Notes: a model not told the origin generated them from the sequence alone. Counted from the first letter of the stretch, positions 28,810-38,943 are shown. The stretch is 64,000 nt of DNA from Betaproteobacteria bacterium (GCA_020346185.1 CP070775.1:918297-982296), one strand, 5' to 3'. Translations and numbers: made by a program.

Positions 28810-29573
28810 ATCAGGTTACCAGTGCCCTGGCGCCGTTGCCTCGTTCCCAGCACGTTGATTGCACGGGTCAGGTTGTAGGCGGTCACGGCCAATACCGTCT
28901 CGGCTTTGACCTTACTGTAAGCCTCGTAGCAGGAACCGGCCACCCTCGATGCGCCGCTTCAGCGTGCCGAAGGGGTGTTCCACCATGCCCTTGCGCCGTT
29001 GCATCATGAGTGGATTGGCCGCGGTGCGATCGGCGACCTCGTTGAGCACGCCGTCCTCGAAGTGGCGCGTCACCCAGCGCTGTGTGCCCACCGTACAGCG
29101 CGCCTTGATGTCACATCTCGTGCAAGCCTCACTGGTGTACAGACAGTGGCGCTCCTTGCTCGCCTTGGCCTTCTTTGGCAACTGCTCACCGGCCGGGCAC
29201 TCGTAGCAGTCGCCCTCGCCGTGGTAGGTAAACTCGGATTGTCAAATGGGCGCCCATCGCCGTGGTTGTTAATGGCTCGCTGTACCGGCAGGTAGGGGAT
29301 CATGCCATGTGCCTGGCGACGCTGTAGCAACTGACCATTTCAGTAGCCGGAATCGGCCAGCACCTGCATCCGATCGCGCTGCAACTGGCGCTGGCTGCTT
29401 CCGGCCATGCGATACAACTACTGCAAGTCGTTGGCATTTTGCACCGCGTCCACGATCAGGCGATGCTTGCCCTCCAGCGTGCTTTGCACGTTGTAGCCTA
29501 CCTCGCCGATTAGCTCGTCGAGCCGCTCTGCAAACAGCGTCGCCTGGTACCGGTTCTGCCCCTGTACATGCAT
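28810..29573 (-). mobile_element. IS5/IS1182-type DDE transposase relic (internally deleted, frameshifted, nonsense codons)
   Basis: Minus-strand translation reads MHVQGQNRYQATLFAERLDELIGEVGYNVQSTLEGKHRLIVDAVQNANDLQ*...QVLADSGY*NGQLL...HGMIPYLP. It then continues, after frameshifts, as FTYHGEGDCYECPAGEQLPKKAKASKERHCLYTSEACTRCDIKARCT...MVEHPFGTLKRRIEGGRFLLRGLQ and KVKAETVLAVTAYNLTRAINVLG. Motif order matches IS1182-like transposases, but most of the N-terminal third is missing. Confidence 0.75.
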
Positions 29574-29607
29574 AAAAAAATACCCGCAGTCAACCGCGGG
29601 TATTTTC
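29574..29607 (-). terminator. Rho-independent terminator of the cold-shock gene
   Basis: On the minus strand, ATACCCGC-ggttgact-GCGGGTAT is followed by T7 (complement of A-run 29574-29580), ~90 nt after the csp stop. Confidence 0.75.
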
Positions 29608-29694
29608 TCGAAAGGCCCGGACTATTTACACAATCTCCCTGAGCCGGGCTTTTGTGCTTCGGTCTGCATGCACCCCAAGCGGGCGCACATCAAT

Positions 29695-29901
29695 TCAATC
29701 AATAGGCTTTATGTTAGTCGCTTGGTCGCCTTTGGGACCCGTGGTCACATCAAAAGACACCTTCTGGTTCTCGCTCAACGTCTTGAACCCGCCTCCCTGA
29801 ATCGCCGAAAAATGGGCGAACAGGTCTTTTCCGCCCTCATCAGGCGTAATGAAGCCAAAGCCTTTTGCGTCATTGAACCACTTTACGGTACCAGTACTCA
29901 T
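29695..29901 (-). CDS. Cold-shock protein, CspA family
   Basis: 68-aa [37 protein letters not shown]..., with RNP1 (KGFGFI) and RNP2 (VFAHF-like) motifs. Confidence 0.97.
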   Translation of the reverse strand: MSTGTVKWFNDAKGFGFITPDEGGKDLFAHFSAIQGGGFKTLSENQKVSFDVTTGPKGDQATNIKPID

Positions 29902-30055
29902 GTCAATACTCTTCCTATCTTGGTAAAAAATGATTTGTGGGGGTTTTCACCCTAGCTGCCAGAACTTCAAGGAGAGATCAAACAAGCGCACAAGCACCGC
30001 ATAGGCGGCTTACATCGGCTTTACGATTTCCCAGCTTGAGAATCTTGCAATGTGC

Positions 30056-30084
30056 CTTATACGCGCCTTTGTCGCGCCCGTCAA
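30056..30084 (-). promoter_or_regulatory. Sigma70-type promoter of the cold-shock gene (long leader)
   Basis: Minus strand reads TTTTTTTT-TTGACG-17 nt-TATAAG. This places the predicted start about 150 nt upstream of ATG 29901, consistent with the long 5' UTRs of csp genes. Confidence 0.5.
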
Positions 30085-30182
30085 AAAAAATTCTCTGGCG
30101 CCGACGTAAACTGACCGCCTACGGCACCGTTCGATTGCCGGCGCGCTCCGCCGCGCGGTCGATTCAGCGTGTGCTTTGCAGT

Positions 30183-31280
30183 TTATTTTTCAAACGGCCC
30201 GTGCCGGTTCCAATTGCGCACGGTTGCTGCGACCCGTAAGCCCAGTTCGCGGGAGGTCGTCCACTTGCCACCGAAAACAGTCAGGGTCCGGCCCTGGCAC
30301 TCGATCGCAGATTCTCGCGTGATGGCGCTGGCTTCGCGCTGCGCCGATGCCACCAAAGGCCGCACACCGGCGAAAGTTGCAACGACGCTGGTCGGCTCAA
30401 GCTTGTTGTCAAAAAAGGCATCATGGACATGCGACAGATAGGCAAACTCCCGATCACTGCATTCGACAGGCTCGCTTGGCATATGCCGAACCTCGGTCGT
30501 TCCGATCAACGTTTGCCCTTCATAGGGAAGAATGAAGCAAGGGCGACCGTCGTCGGGCGACTCGACGAGAAAACCGCATTCATACTGGCGCGCGACCAGC
30601 AGATGGCTGCCACGAACCAAGTCCAGGCTGAAACGCGAACCGATATTGCTGCGCTGAAGCAATGCCTCGGCCCAAGGCCCACAGGCATTGATGACACCGT
30701 CGAACTTCCGCTCGCCTTGTGAAGTAAAAACGACGCCATCGGTACCGATGCGGTTGACAAACACCGCAGAAATCACCTCTGCGCCCATCGCGACAATCTG
30801 GCTTAGCGCCCAGTTTCCAAGTGCATGATCGTTCATCTGACCATCCTGGAAAAGGTACGCACCACGCAGGCCATCACCCCTGAGCCGCGGCACGCGTCGC
30901 GACAGGTCGGCGCCATTTAACCAATAATGACCGCCAAGCCGGTAGCGCCCAGCCAGCATTTCGTAAGCAAGCAACCCGGTTTTGAGCGTAAGACGCCAAC
31001 GGGTCGAATGTCGATAGACCGGGATCGCGATTTCGATCGCCCGCGTATGTTGGGGGGCGTGCTTGAGCCACCAGGCACGCGCGCGCAAGCCTTCTCGCAC
31101 CAAGCCAAAATCTCCGTACTCAAGGTAGCGCAAACCGCCGTGCAACAATTTGGTGGACGCACTGCTGGTCGCACCCATAGGGTCTGCCTGTTCGAACAAC
31201 ACCACTTGGTGACCGTCTTCGAGCAGCGCCCAAGCGCTCATGATGCCGTTGATTCCGGCGCCGACGACGGCCAGCCTCAA
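30183..31280 (-). CDS. FAD-dependent oxidoreductase (glycerol-3-phosphate dehydrogenase/DAO family)
   Basis: 365-aa ORF. Dinucleotide-binding motif MRLAVVGAGINGIMSAWAL and the GlpD-like motif ATSSASTKLLHGGLRYLE. Confidence 0.85.
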   Translation of the reverse strand: MRLAVVGAGINGIMSAWALLEDGHQVVLFEQADPMGATSSASTKLLHGGLRYLEYGDFGLVREGLRARAWWLKHAPQHTRAIEIAIPVYRHSTRWRLTLKTGLLAYEMLAGRYRLGGHYWLNGADLSRRVPRLRGDGLRGAYLFQDGQMNDHALGNWALSQIVAMGAEVISAVFVNRIGTDGVVFTSQGERKFDGVINACGPWAEALLQRSNIGSRFSLDLVRGSHLLVARQYECGFLVESPDDGRPCFILPYEGQTLIGTTEVRHMPSEPVECSDREFAYLSHVHDAFFDNKLEPTSVVATFAGVRPLVASAQREASAITRESAIECQGRTLTVFGGKWTTSRELGLRVAATVRNWNRHGPFEK

Positions 31281-31525
31281 TGTCCCGCCCTCAATTCATC
31301 GCACACAGTCGGACAAGCATGCATTGTCCGGGCCACCGAGAGCAGAAGCGCACAGCCAGGCAAGCGGGCTGCGCGATCCGCGTTGTGCGCATCGGTCACG
31401 CGCGGCGCATGACAAGAGGATGAAACCACACCGTGTCCCGATACAAAAAATCCTATCGCAGTTCAAAACCCGGCACCTACTGCGCGTATCATGTTTCCAA
31501 GCGCATCGCACCTAAAGGAGCCTTC

Positions 31526-33811
31526 ATGACCAATCCTCTGGAGATTGACGCACTGGAATACCACGAATTTCCTGTCGCCGGAAAGATTTCCGTCGTGCCC
31601 ACCAAGGGGCTTACCAATCAACGCGACCTCGCGCTTGCCTACTCACCAGGTGTGGCTTACGCGTGCAACGCGATCGAGGCAGATCCGGCACGCGCTGCCC
31701 GACTTACTTCAAGGGCGAATCTTGTAGGCGTCGTTACCAACGGCACGGCGGTTCTCGGGCTTGGCAATATCGGGCCGCTGGCAAGCAAGCCGGTGATGGA
31801 AGGCAAAGGCTGCCTGTTCAAGAAATTCGCCGGCATAGACGTGTTCGACATCGAATTGGCGGAAAACGATCCCGAAAAACTGGTCGAAATCATCGCTGCC
31901 CTGGAACCCACCCTCGGTGGAATCAACCTCGAAGACATCAAGGCACCGGAGTGTTTCTACATTGAGAAGAAACTTCGCGAACGGCTGAAGATTCCCGTGT
32001 TTCACGATGATCAGCACGGTACCGCCATCATCGTCGGCGCCGCTGTCATCAATGGCTTGAAAGTCGTCGGCAAGGACATCAGCGACGTGCACCTGGTCTG
32101 CTCCGGGGCAGGTGCGTCAGCGATTGCCTGCCTGGATCTTCTGCTCACGCTCGGAATAAGACCCGACAACATCATCGTGTGCGACTCCAAGGGCGTGATT
32201 TTCGAGGGTCGCGAACCGGGCATGGAAGCGAACAAGGCGCGCTATGCTCGCAAGACGGACATGCGCAAGATTGTCGACGCGCTGCCTGGCGCCGATATTT
32301 TTCTGGGGCTGTCCGGCCCGGGCGCCATCAAGCAGGAATGGGTCAAGACGATGGCGGATAAGCCTTTAATACTCGCACTGGCCAACCCCAATCCGGAGAT
32401 TCTGCCTGAGGACGTCAAGGCAGTTCGGCCGGATGCCGTCATTGCCACTGGCCGCTCGGACTATCCGAATCAAGTCAACAACGTGCTGTGTTTTCCGTTC
32501 ATCTTCCGAGGTGCGCTCGACGTTGGTGCAACCCGCATCACTGACGAAATGAAGCTGGCGTGCGTTCATGCCATTGCCGATCTGGCCCAGGCCGAGCAAT
32601 CCGTCGTCGTCGCCTCCGCTTACGAGGGACAGGAGTTGTCTTTCGGCCCGGATTACATCATCCCCACCCCATTCGATCCGCGCCTGATCACGAGGATTGC
32701 GCCGGCCGTAGCACAGGCAGCGATGGACAGTGGTGTTGCCACCCGTCCAGTCAATGACATGGGCGCCTATCGCGACCAAATCAGCAGTTTTGTGTATCAC
32801 TCCGGATTCGTAATGAAGCCAGTGTTTGCCGCAGCCAAAGCGGTGCCGCGCCGCGTCATATACGCCGAAGGCGAAGACGAGCGCGTTTTGCACGCAGTGC
32901 AAACCGTTATCGACGAAAAACTTGCGCAACCAACTCTGATCGGTCGTCCCGAAGTCATCGAAATGCGTATCAAGCGGACCGGATTACGCCTCGTTCCCGA
33001 CAAAGACTTCGAAGTGGTCAATCCGGAAAGCGATCCTCGCTACAAGGAGGTCTGGCAGGACTACTACGCGATCATGCGGCGCAAAGGGGTATCTCCGGAC
33101 GATGCGCGCGCCCACGTGCGCCAATCGACCACCTTGATCGGAGCCATGCTATTGCGGCGTGGCGAAGGCGACGCCCTGCTGTGCGGCACATTCGGTCGGC
33201 ACAAGGATCATCTGCGGCACATCGGTAACGTGATCGGGCGAAAGCGTGAGGCATCCATATTCGCCGCCATGAACGTACTGCTGCTGCCACGGCGCACCTT
33301 GTTTGTGGCAGATACCTACGTCAATGAGAATCCTTCGCCAGCGCAAATCGCCGAAATAACGCTGATGGCCGCCGACGAGGTGCGTCGTTTCGGATTAACG
33401 CCAAAAGTCGCACTGTTGTCACATTCGAATTTTGGGACTGACGATGCACCAACGGCCTCCAAGGTCGGCAACGCACTTGACTTGATCGTGCGTGCTGCGC
33501 CTGACTTGGAAATCGATGGCGAAATGCACGGTGACGCAGCACTTTCCGAGGCAATTCGCGACCGCATGCATCCGGACTCCAGACTCAGAGGTGAGGCCAA
33601 TCTGCTGATCATGCCAAATCTGGATGCGGCCAACATTGCCTTCAACCTTCTGAAAGTCGCTGGCGGCGAAGGCATCACTGTCGGTCCAATCCTGCTTGGT
33701 GCCGACAAGCCGGTTCATATCCTGACGCCTACGGCTACCGTGCGGCGGCTGGTAAACATGACGGCTCTGGTGGTTGTCGATGCAAACACCCAGCAAACAA
33801 CATTGTTCTGA
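31526..33811 (+). CDS. maeB: NADP-dependent malic enzyme (malic enzyme domain + PTA-like C-terminal domain)
   Basis: ORF 31433..33811 trimmed to ATG 31526 (AAAGGAG upstream). N-terminus [18 protein letters not shown]...[10 protein letters not shown] and [11 protein letters not shown]; ~330-aa phosphate acetyltransferase-like tail. Confidence 0.93.
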   Translation: MTNPLEIDALEYHEFPVAGKISVVPTKGLTNQRDLALAYSPGVAYACNAIEADPARAARLTSRANLVGVVTNGTAVLGLGNIGPLASKPVMEGKGCLFKKFAGIDVFDIELAENDPEKLVEIIAALEPTLGGINLEDIKAPECFYIEKKLRERLKIPVFHDDQHGTAIIVGAAVINGLKVVGKDISDVHLVCSGAGASAIACLDLLLTLGIRPDNIIVCDSKGVIFEGREPGMEANKARYARKTDMRKIVDALPGADIFLGLSGPGAIKQEWVKTMADKPLILALANPNPEILPEDVKAVRPDAVIATGRSDYPNQVNNVLCFPFIFRGALDVGATRITDEMKLACVHAIADLAQAEQSVVVASAYEGQELSFGPDYIIPTPFDPRLITRIAPAVAQAAMDSGVATRPVNDMGAYRDQISSFVYHSGFVMKPVFAAAKAVPRRVIYAEGEDERVLHAVQTVIDEKLAQPTLIGRPEVIEMRIKRTGLRLVPDKDFEVVNPESDPRYKEVWQDYYAIMRRKGVSPDDARAHVRQSTTLIGAMLLRRGEGDALLCGTFGRHKDHLRHIGNVIGRKREASIFAAMNVLLLPRRTLFVADTYVNENPSPAQIAEITLMAADEVRRFGLTPKVALLSHSNFGTDDAPTASKVGNALDLIVRAAPDLEIDGEMHGDAALSEAIRDRMHPDSRLRGEANLLIMPNLDAANIAFNLLKVAGGEGITVGPILLGADKPVHILTPTATVRRLVNMTALVVVDANTQQTTLF

Positions 33812-34364
33812 CCGCTCGGCAGACGTAGGGGTAAACGTGCTGCAACGCGCCATTGGCGGAGACGTTGTTCCAGAAGCGCGCTGGCGGGGATTCATAAGGC
33901 GCTGATTTTTTGTCAACTTAGCTAATCGCTGACGTCGCAACTGGAGTTCCGGCGACGCGGGGAACGCAGGATTGGCAGACCGAAAGGCAGGTTAACGAGG
34001 TACCAACCCTGCCGGGTGGCGAACTAGACGTCAGCGTAAAAGCCGCTTAAGCTTTCGCTCCCGGGTTTGCAGTCACCTGTAACAAGGGGGAGGAAAAAAG
34101 TAGCCGCCTTGAAGAGCGGCAGGGAGGGGGCCGACGAAGCTTGCTCTTCATGGGCCCTCCAGTCTCTGCATGAATTTCTGGTCAATGACCCAGCAACGGG
34201 GACGCCCGTGCTTCGTCGCACAGAACCTGCGTCAAGGGTCACCGCGCTGCACTTTGCCGGTTGTTTTGCGCGAACTTGCATCCACCCAAGTCCTGCACTG
34301 TCCGCTTTCTCAAGTTTGCTGCAGACCGACAAAATGACAACCACAAATCTAAACAACATGCGGC

Positions 34365-35309
34365 ATGAGTAACGCGTTGCCATCGTTGCGTCAACTTCGA
34401 TATCTGATAACGCTTTCGGAAACGCTCAATTTCCGACGCGCGGCAGAGAATCTGTACGTGACGCAGTCGACATTGTCGGCCGGGATCAAGGAGCTAGAGA
34501 ATGTGCTCGGCGCAATACTGGTTGAACGTGATAAGCGCAATGTACGTTTCACTCCTCTCGGTTACGAGATAGTCGAACGCGCGCGCAAGATTCTGGCGCA
34601 GGCTGAAGACCTGGTTCAGTTAGCGCGAGGCTCACAAGAGCCGCTCAGTGGTCTGCTCCGGCTCGGCGTCATCCCGACCGTTGCGCCATTCCTTCTGCCA
34701 ATGGTGTTACCTGCGCTACGCACAGCGCATCCGAAATTAAAACTGTATCTGCGCGAGGATCTGACTGAGCGTCTCATTGAGCGGGTCGAATCCGGTGAAC
34801 TCGATTTCGCGCTCATCGCGCTACCTTACGATACTGGTGATCTTATCGTTCGCCAAATATTCAAAGATGAATTCTGGTTTGTTACGCGTCAGGGCGACAA
34901 ACTCGCTCGCGAGAAGGAAATCGCTATCAGGGATATCGACACGTCGCGCGTGCTCTTGCTCGAGGAAGGCCACTGCCTGCGAAACCACACGATCGAAGCG
35001 TGCGGGGCACGGCGCATGGCCGCACATCAGGGCGACCTGGAAGCAACCAGCCTCTTCACCCTATTACAGATGGTGCACAATGGTATGGGTGTTGCCTTGC
35101 TGCCGGAAATGGTCATCAAAGCCGGCGCCCTGGTTGGGAGCGAGTTAACGGCGCGACCCTTCGCGCACCGCGTGCCGTCACGCACGATTGCACTGGTTAT
35201 GCGGGGCAGCAGTCCACTGACACCCGATTATGAATTGCTTGCAGACCTGATTGCGGCGCATCACCTCGATACTTCGCGCATACGGGGGGCATCAAGAGCA
35301 AAACGCTGA
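34365..35309 (+). CDS. oxyR: LysR-family transcriptional regulator, OxyR type
   Basis: 314-aa ORF. LysR HTH (LRQLRYLITLSETLNFRRAAENLYVTQSTLSAGIKELE) and the OxyR redox-cysteine context LLLEEGHCLRNHTIEAC. Confidence 0.8.
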   Translation: MSNALPSLRQLRYLITLSETLNFRRAAENLYVTQSTLSAGIKELENVLGAILVERDKRNVRFTPLGYEIVERARKILAQAEDLVQLARGSQEPLSGLLRLGVIPTVAPFLLPMVLPALRTAHPKLKLYLREDLTERLIERVESGELDFALIALPYDTGDLIVRQIFKDEFWFVTRQGDKLAREKEIAIRDIDTSRVLLLEEGHCLRNHTIEACGARRMAAHQGDLEATSLFTLLQMVHNGMGVALLPEMVIKAGALVGSELTARPFAHRVPSRTIALVMRGSSPLTPDYELLADLIAAHHLDTSRIRGASRAKR

Positions 35310-35572
35310 GTCACGCTGCGCGTGGCAGGAAACACGGATGGTTCGGGCAAACTGTTCAGCGCCCGAGACAAGAAACGTTCCGGGAATCTTCGCCAACGTT
35401 TCAGCATTGTTTGTATCGACCGTGTGTCGGTATCTGCCTAATCTGGCAGATGAGCTCACGTAGTCTATCGCCAGCGTCGCCAGAAGCAATACAGACGATT
35501 GCGGTGCAATCGCGTAGAATTCTGACCATCGACCGGCGCAGTCACACCAACGCGCTGACCGCAACAATCCAA

Positions 35573-36568
35573 ATGGATCTGCTCGCTTTGTCTATGTCCG
35601 ACGTCGAAGAATGGTCGTTTCCGGAAGATCTGCAGCCGGATACTGCCGAGGTCAGCTTTGATCTGGACGCCGCTCTTGACGCGGTTGTTAATGTACGAGC
35701 CGAAATACCGGAGGACGCCTTTACGGCGTCGATTCTCGGCACCGAACGTGTTGGCAATGGCATCGTAATCCGCGAGGATGGAACCGTACTAACTATCGGC
35801 TATTTGATTACCGAGGCCGAAACCATCTGGCTGACGACCAATGATGGAAATGTCGTTGCCGCCCACCCTCTGGCCTATGATCAGGCGACCGGGTTCGGTC
35901 TGATTCAACCACTCGGTCAACTCGGCGTGCCAATGCTTGAGTTTGGCAATGCAAAAGCGTGCCAAACCGGTGACGACGTTTTTTTTCTGGGCCAAGGCGG
36001 ACGGCAGCACGCATTGAAGGCAAAACTTATCGACAGGCGCGAGTTTGCGGGCTACTGGGAATACGTACTCGACGAGGCCTTGTTTATAGCTCCCGCGCAT
36101 CCGCAGTGGGGAGGCGCAGCGCTGGTCGACCATGACGGGCGGCTGCTCGGTGTTGGCTCGCTTCTGTTGCAGGAAGCCGTTGATGGTCAAACTGTTCAGG
36201 GCAACATGGTAGTTCCCATAGACCTGCTCAAACCAATACTGGAGAGCATGCTCACGACCGGACGTTCTGGCATGCCTGCGCGCCCGTGGCTCGGCATGTA
36301 CACGACACAATCGGGCGAGAATCTCGTCGTCGGCGCCGTTGCCGAACACGGGCCGGCTGCCAAAGCCGGAATCAAACAAGGTGATGTGGTTCTGGAAGTG
36401 GCAGGGAGGAGAACCAGCGGCCTGGCGCAGCTGTTTCGTACGGCCTGGCAGACTGGCCCCGCCGGCACAACGATCCCGCTGACCATTGCCCGAGAGGGCG
36501 ATGTTCTGCGTTTTGCAGTGAAATCAGCGGACCGCAGCGACTTTTTAAAAAAGCCACGGCTACACTAG
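35573..36568 (+). CDS. HtrA/S1C-like trypsin-fold + PDZ protein, apparently lacking the catalytic triad and a signal peptide
   Basis: ORF 35411..36568 (start ATG 35573 or 35594). The fold aligns by eye to DegS/HtrA. At the triad positions it has TIGYLI for TNxHVV, TGFGLI for TDLAVL, and PQWGGAALV for GNSGGALV. PDZ segment GAVAEHGPAAKAGIKQGDVVLEVAG. Confidence 0.75.
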   Translation: MDLLALSMSDVEEWSFPEDLQPDTAEVSFDLDAALDAVVNVRAEIPEDAFTASILGTERVGNGIVIREDGTVLTIGYLITEAETIWLTTNDGNVVAAHPLAYDQATGFGLIQPLGQLGVPMLEFGNAKACQTGDDVFFLGQGGRQHALKAKLIDRREFAGYWEYVLDEALFIAPAHPQWGGAALVDHDGRLLGVGSLLLQEAVDGQTVQGNMVVPIDLLKPILESMLTTGRSGMPARPWLGMYTTQSGENLVVGAVAEHGPAAKAGIKQGDVVLEVAGRRTSGLAQLFRTAWQTGPAGTTIPLTIAREGDVLRFAVKSADRSDFLKKPRLH

Positions 36569-36628
36569 TTACATTTAAAGTTTTCGAGCAGTGCGGTGTG
36601 TCCTGCGCAGTGACACCGAAGCAATCCA

Positions 36629-38317
36629 ATGCACGATCTGATTATTCGAGAAGGCAACGTCGTTGACGGAAGTGGCGCACCGGCTCGCGTCACTGATATC
36701 GCTGTGAACGACGGGATCGTCACGGAGCTTGGTCGTAAACTCGGTAGAGCTCGTCGCAAAATCAATGCACAGGGGTCGCTGGTCACGCCGGGGTTTGTCG
36801 ACGTTCATACCCATTATGACGGCCAGGCGACGTGGGACCCCTACCTCACTCCATCATCCTGGCACGGCGTCACCACGGCAATTTTCGGCAACTGCGGTGT
36901 CGGATTCGCGCCCGTCAGGCCGAAACAATCTCCTTACCTGATTAATCTGATGGAGGGTGTGGAAGATATTCCTGGAAGCGTGCTTGCCGAGGGCGTGAGC
37001 TTCAATTGGGAATCTTTTCCACAGTTTCTCGATGTGCTGGACGACGCTCCCAAAGCAATCGACATCGGGGCGCAAGTACCTCATGCGCCCCTGCGCTTCT
37101 ACGTCATGGGCGAACGCGGAGCTGACCACGCGAGCGAGCCGACAGACAGCGAGATCACGTCGATGGGTGTATTGCTCGAAGAAGCACTGAACGCCGGCGC
37201 ACTCGGATTTACCACGTCGAGAACAACCAAACACCTGACGCGCGACGGCCGCAACACACCAAGCCTGACTGCCGGAGAAGCCGAGCTCAAAGGCCTGGCA
37301 TTGGCGATGAAGCGTGCCGGTCGCGGCGTGCTGCAAGTTAATTCTGACTTCGGTCGCGGCGAATTCGAAATCCTCCGTATGGCAGCGGAGTTGTCAGGTC
37401 GGCCACTCTCCATTCTGTTGCTGCAGGTCAATAATGCTCCTGAGCTGTGGCGCAGGACTCGGCAGCACATTCATGAAGCACGCGCCGCCGGGCTGAGCGT
37501 GAATGCGCAGGTAGGTTGCCGTCCAATTGTCATCATGATGGGCCTGGAAACCACCATTAACCCCTTCTCCACGCATCCCGCGTGGCGGGATATGGCAGAT
37601 CTATCGCCAGCACAGCGCCTCGACCGACTGCGACACGATTCCAAGTTGCGCCGGGCACTTGTAACGCAGATGCCGAACGACCAGCACACGCGCCGAGTAA
37701 GTCAATGGATGCCACGCACCTACGTCGTGGATGAGCAGTTCGACTATGAACCGTCGAGCACAAAAAGCATCGCCTCCATGGCGTTAGCGGCCGGACGCAG
37801 TGTATGGGAAATCGCCTTGGAGGCGATGATGTCGCATCAAGGAAAACGTCTGCTCGCGCATACATTTGAGAACTACGCGGAGGGCAATCTTGAAGTCGTG
37901 CGCGAGATGTTGCTGGACGAAGCTTCGATCATGGGGCTTGGCGACGGTGGCGCTCATGTCTGTACCGTATGCGACGAAGGCGCACCCACCTTTCTCCTAT
38001 CTCACTGGGCCCGCGACCGCAAACGCGGCGCGCGATTGCCACTCGAATTCCTCGTCAAAAAACACACGCTGGATAGCGCCATCGGATACGGCCTGCCCGA
38101 CCGTGGTTTGCTGTCCCCGGGATATCGGGCGGATATCAACATCATCGACTTCGACCGACTTCGGCTACGTGACGCTGAAGTAGCGTATGACTTGCCGGCC
38201 GGCGGCAAGCGTCTGGTACAGCGAGCCGACGGATACTTGCACACCTTCGTCGCGGGAACCGAAATCGTTTGCAATGACGAGCACACGGGTGCACTGCCTG
38301 GACGTCTGCTCCGGTAA
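36629..38317 (+). CDS. N-acyl-D-amino-acid deacylase (D-aminoacylase) family amidohydrolase
   Basis: 562-aa ORF. N-terminus MHDLIIREGNVVDGSG...VTPGFVDVHTHYDGQATWD is typical of D-aminoacylases. Confidence 0.88.
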   Translation: MHDLIIREGNVVDGSGAPARVTDIAVNDGIVTELGRKLGRARRKINAQGSLVTPGFVDVHTHYDGQATWDPYLTPSSWHGVTTAIFGNCGVGFAPVRPKQSPYLINLMEGVEDIPGSVLAEGVSFNWESFPQFLDVLDDAPKAIDIGAQVPHAPLRFYVMGERGADHASEPTDSEITSMGVLLEEALNAGALGFTTSRTTKHLTRDGRNTPSLTAGEAELKGLALAMKRAGRGVLQVNSDFGRGEFEILRMAAELSGRPLSILLLQVNNAPELWRRTRQHIHEARAAGLSVNAQVGCRPIVIMMGLETTINPFSTHPAWRDMADLSPAQRLDRLRHDSKLRRALVTQMPNDQHTRRVSQWMPRTYVVDEQFDYEPSSTKSIASMALAAGRSVWEIALEAMMSHQGKRLLAHTFENYAEGNLEVVREMLLDEASIMGLGDGGAHVCTVCDEGAPTFLLSHWARDRKRGARLPLEFLVKKHTLDSAIGYGLPDRGLLSPGYRADINIIDFDRLRLRDAEVAYDLPAGGKRLVQRADGYLHTFVAGTEIVCNDEHTGALPGRLLR

Positions 38318-38569
38318 GGGCACAAAAGAACAGCCGATAATCGGCGCCGTGCCCGACACGAACGAGCGCTTCATTCGTGCGCTAGCGAACAGCGGCATAC
38401 ACTTTCCCGGCTGATCGAGCGCGTGGGGCGCAGGTCCGTCACACCAATTTTGCTTCGTCGCAAGAAAACACCTACCGTGAGACGCCGCCGGCGAACAGGC
38501 TTGACGTTTAACGAGCAGTGCCAAGCTCAAACTCCGGATAACTACATACTGTGTGACTGCCCTTTAGAG

Positions 38570-38825
38570 CAGGCTGTTGAAAAACGTTGCGAGCAAGATT
38601 GAGCCAGGTGCGCACCGTATTTATCGAACCAGTGCGCAGGAACCGGAGTGTAAAGTGGGCGTACATGAGGGCGAGAGCGAAAATGGCGCGGCAAAGCCGT
38701 GCCCGCTCGCAGCGCCTGGCGACTATGATCGCCGGGCCGGACCGCCGAAGGCGGCCGAGCACCATTCAGAAGCAGAGCGAACGCAAGCCCGGATCAAGTC
38801 CGCGCAGTAGTTTTTCAACAGCCTG
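38570..38825. repeat. 16-bp perfect inverted repeat pair bracketing 224 bp (MITE-like or structured element)
   Basis: CAGGCTGTTGAAAAAC at 38570-38585 and its exact reverse complement GTTTTTCAACAGCCTG at 38810-38825. TTAG occurs next to both ends (2 nt offset on the left). Confidence 0.85.
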
Positions 38826-38943
38826 TTAGGCCTTGGCTTGCTTCCCGGCTCTGTGGCCGGCCCCTGCACTCCGCAGTCCGCGGCATGTTTTCTGCTTCAA
38901 CACCGCGTGACCGAGACCGCCATCGATTGCGGCAGAGGCAACC

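Noticed and set aside
30295-30310. TGGCAC-N5-CGCA sequence resembling a sigma54 -24/-12 element.
   Set aside because: The GG to GC spacing is off by one, it lacks the TTGC -12 core, and it lies inside the FAD-oxidoreductase coding sequence.
34085-34115. GGGGGAGGAAAAAAGTAGCCGCC, superficially like the GGAGGAAAGUCCGGGCUCC core of RNase P RNA.
   Set aside because: The rest of the conserved core (GUCCGGGCUCC, and later AGGGUGAAA...GGUAAGAGC) is absent on either strand.
38570-38825. Retron msr/msd interpretation of the inverted-repeat-flanked 224-bp segment.
   Set aside because: No reverse transcriptase gene follows; the next gene is a PAS-GGDEF-EAL protein. The segment is kept as an unexplained repeat instead.
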